DNA from: Clostridia bacterium
GTDB lineage: Bacteria > Bacillota > Clostridia > JAAYHZ01
DNA length: 64,000 nucleotides
Assembly (NCBI GenBank): GCA_050950825.1
Contig: JBMNIH010000002.1
Span: 320,001 to 384,000 of the forward strand
Reading direction: 5' to 3'
In this document: positions 58,549-64,000 of the stretch, piece after piece
How the letters are laid out: every line of letters begins with the position of its first letter
Numbering within the stretch: position 1 is the stretch's first letter
Notes under the pieces: model-generated
Told to the model about the DNA's origin: nothing
Databases searched by the model: none
What the model saw: the letters and a program-made list of their open reading frames with translations, nothing else
Made by a program: the position numbers and the translations under genes

Positions 58549-59337
58549 TCACGCATAATTCACCCTTTTCAAAAAATCTCCGATTAAATTAAGCATTTCA
58601 TCGATATTTTCATTTATCTGAAAATCAACGCCTAACTGTAAATAACTCGGTGCCTCGGCGTATTTACGTGATTGCAGACCGTTTATTTTGCCACATAAAA
58701 GTACAAGAGCCTTTGTAATGGATTCTTTTAGTTTTTCGATGTATTCATCGCCGTCATATAATTCAGGCATTATAATTTCCCTGCTTTCCCAAATATGCGG
58801 TAACGATTTTATCAACTCATTTGCCTTTTCCGTCTTGCTTAGCTTTAAGTACAAAAAGAGAAGATTGACGGTAGCGGTGGTTCTTGACTTCATTACGAGA
58901 TTACCCTGCAAAGCACGTTCTGTCAGAGAAATTGCTTCTTCAATCAAAGTAACATCATTGATTTTATTACTTTTTTGAGTCGGCGTTGAAGCAAGCGCCA
59001 ATAATAAACCGCTATTATTTGGGTATAGCTTCAATCCCTCCTTAAGTAAAACGATTGCCTCATCAAGCAGGTTGTTTCCCGCAAGCCTGTGTACATCGCT
59101 GTGCAGCTTACCGATATTTTCATTCTTTCGTATTTCGTCCATACCGACAAGCTCGTCAATTGTGGTATTATAATAAATGGCAATACCCGGTAGCATTGTA
59201 ATGTCGGGATATGCGGTATTGTTTTCCCAACGACTTATCGCTTGAGGTGATACTCCGAAAACCTCTGCGAGTTGTTCTTGGGTAAGGTCTTTTTTCAACC
59301 TTAATCTTCTTAAATTTTCACCGATGTTAATTATCAT
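58549..59337 (-). CDS. XRE-family HTH regulator with a TPR-like C-terminus
   Basis: IGENLRRLR..LTQEQLAEVFGVSPQAISRWE..YPD; helical repeat EEAI/LKLYPNN. Confidence 0.85.
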   Translation of the reverse strand: MIINIGENLRRLRLKKDLTQEQLAEVFGVSPQAISRWENNTAYPDITMLPGIAIYYNTTIDELVGMDEIRKNENIGKLHSDVHRLAGNNLLDEAIVLLKEGLKLYPNNSGLLLALASTPTQKSNKINDVTLIEEAISLTERALQGNLVMKSRTTATVNLLFLYLKLSKTEKANELIKSLPHIWESREIIMPELYDGDEYIEKLKESITKALVLLCGKINGLQSRKYAEAPSYLQLGVDFQINENIDEMLNLIGDFLKRVNYA

Positions 59338-59588
59338 AATAACTACTCCTCATTTTTGAATTTTCTATAGTGATTCTATAGGAGTTAGTGAGCAGTTTTA
59401 ATATCAAATCCGTTGAGGAAAATTCAACTAAAGCGAGAGTTTTATTTATTACCTCAATATATACCAAAAAGAATCAATTATTTTTATAAGATTATTACGT
59501 ATAATAAAATAATAGATAGGACATACAATAATTCCGTGAATCCTATCTATTATTTATTATGATTTCTTTTTTATAACATTTGTCACGT

Positions 59589-59900
59589 CTAATGCTGCTT
59601 TACCCTTTTGTCCATCGCTCTGCCTAAGCTGTACCAAGAATCTCGCAGGCGGGAACGCATGTCATAATCAAGGGTTCTTTCAATGATGTCGTTGAAATCT
59701 TTTCTCATTTGGTGATATTTTGTCATTACAAATTCTTCTTCCGAAAGGAGCTCCTCCATTTGCTCAATCCATTCCAAAACGGAATCTTTCCCTTGGAATT
59801 CGGGTTCTATTTTCTTTTTTAAATGCACGATAACGAGCTTTATCGCTTTTCTTTTAACGTCTTCATCCGTTTGTACCTTTCTGACAGATTTGCTGCTCAT
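59589..59900 (-). CDS. Hypothetical protein
   Basis: 103-aa helical, charged ORF with SD AAGGAG. Confidence 0.7.
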   Translation of the reverse strand: MSSKSVRKVQTDEDVKRKAIKLVIVHLKKKIEPEFQGKDSVLEWIEQMEELLSEEEFVMTKYHQMRKDFNDIIERTLDYDMRSRLRDSWYSLGRAMDKRVKQH

Positions 59901-60047
59901 AATATATTCAACTCCTTATTCCGATCATAATGTTTTCGTAAATGATAAAAAAAGTCACCGGCTTTTTTGCGCGCTACAACAAGCGGCATTTTCTAAAGAA
60001 AATCACTTCTATTACTACAATGTATTCGGTTATACCGGAAAATTTGT

Positions 60048-60881
60048 TTACCTTACGGCTGTCGATAACATGTTTTGAATGTCTTTCAGATCATATACAA
60101 AGCCGTTCTTTAAAGCCGTCACCCATAGACCGTATTCTTTGTGTCTTTCCGTCCGTGCAGATTCCTTGTTCTCTACCGCGGTGACCGCTTCCCTGATGGC
60201 GGAACATAAAAACCCTCTGTTCGCCATGTCGTTCATGCTTGCCGGAGAATACTGCAAACACCAGTTGATGGCAAAACCCATATAGATGAGATGATTGATA
60301 CCGTCCTTCAAGCAGACGGCCTGCAGTTGATCGCCGTCCAGGGCAATAGGCTCATTGTCGGCGGGCATGGCCTCTTTCATAAAGGTAGCCTTCGCTTGAC
60401 CTCTTTCGATGTCGGCTTTGTTATGTAGCCCGACAAAAACATTTTCGAACCTGAATTTCCTCAATTCGTCTGACACTGCGTCCCTTTCGGCGTAAGGCAT
60501 TTTAAAGGACTCTTTACCTTGGGTGTATTCTTTTAAACATTGCTTTGCGTATTCGAACCCGGGAAACCCTTTGCAATGGGATTCGCTTCCGGCTACATGA
60601 TACAGCTTCATACCCGCATTTCGAATAGCCGACAACAAACCCGGGAATATTTCCCGAGCAATCTTGTTCGCTCTCGGGATGTATTCCACCGCACGATACC
60701 AACCGGGATGTTCTTCGTATGTTCCGCAGTCCCAAGCATGCATAACCACAAAAGCGGTTTTATCCGTATTCAGCTTTAAGTCGGCTTTCATCCATCCGCC
60801 GTAGCCTTCACCGGGAATGTCCCGAGAATAGTCAGCGTCAAATTGTCTATAGTACCAAGCAGGCACGGTCACAATGCTCAT
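60048..60881 (-). CDS. Isochorismatase-like (cysteine hydrolase fold) protein
   Basis: KTAFVVMHAW first strand; HLIYMGFAINWCL with the Cys nucleophile position; IREAVTAVE. Confidence 0.6.
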   Translation of the reverse strand: MSIVTVPAWYYRQFDADYSRDIPGEGYGGWMKADLKLNTDKTAFVVMHAWDCGTYEEHPGWYRAVEYIPRANKIAREIFPGLLSAIRNAGMKLYHVAGSESHCKGFPGFEYAKQCLKEYTQGKESFKMPYAERDAVSDELRKFRFENVFVGLHNKADIERGQAKATFMKEAMPADNEPIALDGDQLQAVCLKDGINHLIYMGFAINWCLQYSPASMNDMANRGFLCSAIREAVTAVENKESARTERHKEYGLWVTALKNGFVYDLKDIQNMLSTAVR

Positions 60882-61114
60882 TGTTTTTTCTCCTTCAGGG
60901 ATATATTCGTACGATTACAATATATCATACCATAGTTGTGATATAACTTCAACCGATTATGTCATATGAGGGTATTTCTTGTAATCATTCCCGAAGTTTA
61001 AGAAGCTATACGCCGGGAAGCCGGATATCGTGATTTTTAGACCTCCCTGTAGTGTTTATACGGTAAATATGCTATTATGGACTATGTAGTTAATATAAAA
61101 GCTTAGAGGAGTAT

Positions 61115-62398
61115 ATGGAAAACCGTAATGCCAATCAACCCGTTGATGAAAAGAATAACAATACGGAGGAGGTTCCCCCTTCGGCCGAAAACCTTATAGA
61201 GACCGTAGAAGAGGCCGACACTTTCGAGGATGAACCCGATAAAAAACAAGAGCGACATTCGCTGAAAGAAAGCGGATTTCGTTTCTTTACCTTGCCGGTT
61301 ATATTGATTCTTTTGGTTGCTCTTCGTTTCATATTCGACGCGGATAAATTTTTGGCGGATCTTAGCCGGCTGTTTTCCATTATCAGCTTTCTTGTATGGG
61401 GATTTGCCATCGCCTTTTTCATCGATCCCTTAGTTACCCTCTTTATGAAAACCCTCTTTAAAAAAATGAAAAAGGGAAAAAGAGGACTGGCCATGCTCCT
61501 TGCCTATTTGGTGTTTTTTGGAATCATCACTTTTCTTTCCGTTTACATCCTTCCCGTTATCGGGGAAAACATTATAGACATCGCTTCGAAGGTTCCTTCC
61601 TATTGGAACGATATCCAAAATTGGTGGAGCCGTATAGAAAATTCTCTTACCGACGACGGCATGATCAATCATTTCCTATTGTCCGTCGGTGATCGAATCG
61701 GACTTTTATTGTCCGATTACTTTAACAGCAGCGAATTTAACCGCCAATTGAAAGATTTAGGAACCGGTATTTTAAACACCGCTTTAGGGGCTACCCAATT
61801 TTTAATTGATTTTCTTTTGGCGCTGGTTATGTCCATCTACATGCTGGCGGATAAAGAAAATATGATCCGCGGCATTAAACGCATCGTATATGCCGTATTC
61901 AAAAAAGAAACGGCGGATAAAGCCGTTTTTGCAACCAAGAAAACCAACGAAATATTCAAAAAATTCTTTTTAGGCAAAGGATTGGCGTCCATCATAGTAG
62001 GAATCGTCGCTTTCATCTTTGCTTCCTTGACCAAATTGCCGGTGCCCATCCTTCAAGCCGCCATACTCGGTATCACCAACATGGTTCCCACCATCGGGCC
62101 CGTGATTGGAGCGGTGCCCTGCCTTTTGCTCACCCTTCTCTACAGCCCCGTTCAAGCGTTATGGCTTCTTATATTCATTCTTGTCATACAGCAAATCGAC
62201 GGAATGTATATGTCACCCAAAATTCTTGGCGATTCTTTGGGCTTAAAGCCGCTTTTCGTCATCGTGGGCGTATTGATCGGAGGCAGTATCGCCGGCATTT
62301 TAGGCGCTTTATTAGGCACCCCCACCTTGGCGGTTATCAGCTATTTTTTAAACCGCTATACCGAAAAACGCTTAAAAGAAAAACAACTGAACATTTAA
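61115..62398 (+). CDS. AI-2E family transporter
   Basis: AIAFFIDPLV, TNMVPTIGPVIG, QQIDGMYMSPKILGDSLGL. Confidence 0.9.
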   Translation: MENRNANQPVDEKNNNTEEVPPSAENLIETVEEADTFEDEPDKKQERHSLKESGFRFFTLPVILILLVALRFIFDADKFLADLSRLFSIISFLVWGFAIAFFIDPLVTLFMKTLFKKMKKGKRGLAMLLAYLVFFGIITFLSVYILPVIGENIIDIASKVPSYWNDIQNWWSRIENSLTDDGMINHFLLSVGDRIGLLLSDYFNSSEFNRQLKDLGTGILNTALGATQFLIDFLLALVMSIYMLADKENMIRGIKRIVYAVFKKETADKAVFATKKTNEIFKKFFLGKGLASIIVGIVAFIFASLTKLPVPILQAAILGITNMVPTIGPVIGAVPCLLLTLLYSPVQALWLLIFILVIQQIDGMYMSPKILGDSLGLKPLFVIVGVLIGGSIAGILGALLGTPTLAVISYFLNRYTEKRLKEKQLNI

Positions 62399-62952
62399 CG
62401 ATTCCGAGCATATATAATGTCAAACATTCGGGATATGGGCTTGTATATTAAGAACGTGGTCACGGAATTGATTACGGCCTTAATCAGGTTAAAAGGTATG
62501 ATACCGGGCAGCAGAAGATCCACCACCTGCTGTTTCGGAAAGCCCCAAAACTTGACCGTAAAGAACAGATTCGCGGGAATCATGACCAAGGTCATACACA
62601 AGGAGCTTACGATTAACGCAATTAGAGCGCCTTTTCTCGTGTGGATCTTTTTATACACAAAGCTTGCGACAAAGACATAGGATCCCGAAGCGATAATGTG
62701 CATTGCGATTCCTACCCAGCCGGATCCGGCGCTTACCGTCATCCCTTGGATTAAAGCGACGATGATAATTACGATAAGCCCTTCCACGGGACCATACAAA
62801 AATCCTGCAATTAATCCCACCACATCGCCGGGATCATATTCCATAAACGGAACGATGGGCAATATGGGAAATCGAACAAAAAACATCAGAACAACGGCCA
62901 ATGCGGACAAAACACCCAACATGGCTACCTTAACAACGTTAACCTTTTTCAT
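62395..62952 (-). CDS. ribU: ECF transporter S component, riboflavin
   Basis: FMEYDPGDV, IIPFNLIKA; directly downstream of an FMN riboswitch. Confidence 0.88.
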   Translation of the reverse strand: MKKVNVVKVAMLGVLSALAVVLMFFVRFPILPIVPFMEYDPGDVVGLIAGFLYGPVEGLIVIIIVALIQGMTVSAGSGWVGIAMHIIASGSYVFVASFVYKKIHTRKGALIALIVSSLCMTLVMIPANLFFTVKFWGFPKQQVVDLLLPGIIPFNLIKAVINSVTTFLIYKPISRMFDIIYARNR

Positions 62953-62995
62953 AAAACAACCCTTTCTTTTTTAATTTTTTGTATGGTCTGCGTAC

Positions 62996-63024
62996 AAAAA
63001 AGCCCTGATAGAAACTCAGGGCTT
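62996..63024 (-). terminator. Expression-platform terminator of the FMN riboswitch
   Basis: AAGCCCTGA-GTTTCTA-TCAGGGCTT-TTTT. Confidence 0.8.
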
Positions 63025-63051
63025 AGAGATGATCTATATTTATGTATGCAA

Positions 63052-63177
<126 letters not shown>

Positions 63178-63185
63178 ATAGGATC

Positions 63186-63214
63186 ATTATAGTATCCTGC
63201 ATACACGTTGTCAA
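63186..63214 (-). promoter_or_regulatory. Consensus sigmaA promoter for the FMN leader
   Basis: TTGACA-17-TATAAT. Confidence 0.85.
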
Positions 63215-63256
63215 GGATTTTGCCTCGGAAAATTTTTCCGCTTTTTATGGAAAAAC

Positions 63257-64000
63257 TTATTTTTCCCCGTAAATCCACGGATTCTGTCTGTGGCATTCCT
63301 CGATTACGGCAATTTGTCTTCTTACTTGTTCCGGCGTAACTTCCAAGGGAGCGCCTTCCGTCAAAGCTTTATACAGATTGTCGTAGAAAGCTCCGGTCAT
63401 ATTCCCGAATGTGCCGTATACTTCTCCTGCATCTTCCCATTCTTCTTCGTAGATCTTGATGTCTTCCGTGCAATAATGGGGCATTAAACCGGGCCGGTAA
63501 TGCAGCGATTCTTTTTGGAGAACCAAAGGTTTGTTTTCTTCGGGCTTAATGTATTTCCACTGAACCTTCTTTTGGGAAGCCAGTATACCGCCGAATTCCG
63601 CATCCACTTTGTAGGTGTAAGGTGCATAAGCATAAGCATATCCGCCTTGTACATCTACCACCGGGTGATCGGCGTCTTTGTAAAGAACCACTTTTACAAA
63701 GTTTTCGGCATCTCCTGCCGCCAAAGAGGTGTTTTGCAGCATGCTTACCACGTTCGGATAATCGTTTGCGTCTTTGGAGAACAGCATTAACGCTTGGTCC
63801 ATCGGGTGCGGACAGGTATTCATCAATTCACCGCCGTCAAATTCCGTCAATGTCTGCCAGTCCCATCTTCTTCGGAAGCCGCCGAAAAGAACACTGACTT
63901 GAAGAATTCTGCCTAAGATTCCGGAATCGATAATTTCACGGACCTTTTGGTAATACGCTGCGAATCGGGATTGTTGGAAAATGGCGAACAAAACGTTGTT
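63257..64000 (-). CDS. Gfo/Idh/MocA oxidoreductase, 3' part (start beyond the right edge)
   Basis: QQSRF, RRWDWQT..GGELMNTCPHPMDQAL C-terminal domain pattern. Confidence 0.75.
   Translation of the reverse strand, partial: NNVLFAIFQQSRFAAYYQKVREIIDSGILGRILQVSVLFGGFRRRWDWQTLTEFDGGELMNTCPHPMDQALMLFSKDANDYPNVVSMLQNTSLAAGDAENFVKVVLYKDADHPVVDVQGGYAYAYAPYTYKVDAEFGGILASQKKVQWKYIKPEENKPLVLQKESLHYRPGLMPHYCTEDIKIYEEEWEDAGEVYGTFGNMTGAFYDNLYKALTEGAPLEVTPEQVRRQIAVIEECHRQNPWIYGEK

Overview
Chromosomal window from a spore-forming Clostridia-type bacterium (Bacillota), inferred from gerM, a pdaB-like gene, a T-box and sigmaA-type promoters. Housekeeping genes: valS with a Val T-box, nadE, galK-galT with two GH4 alpha-galactosidases, galE, ruvCAB-queH, argGH with ARG boxes, ribU with an FMN riboswitch, and tRNA-His/tRNA-Gln. 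Many carbohydrate-active or unassigned hydrolase genes are interspersed. An accessory stretch (~5.1-16.9 kb) around the tRNA pair holds pseudogenes, an IS256 element and an IS30 element. It also holds the most unusual module: a membrane pyrophosphatase with substitutions in normally invariant motifs, transcribed divergently from a minimal KdpD/KdpE-like two-component system, with no kdpABC, Trk or KUP transporter nearby. Other notable signals: NadE with the glutaminase nucleophile changed from Cys to Gly, an IS30 with 13-bp target duplications and a possible long-range RBS switch, a DnaA-box cluster away from oriC, and an unexplained structured element at 630-747. All assignments come from motif recognition and recalled family knowledge; no database searches were run.
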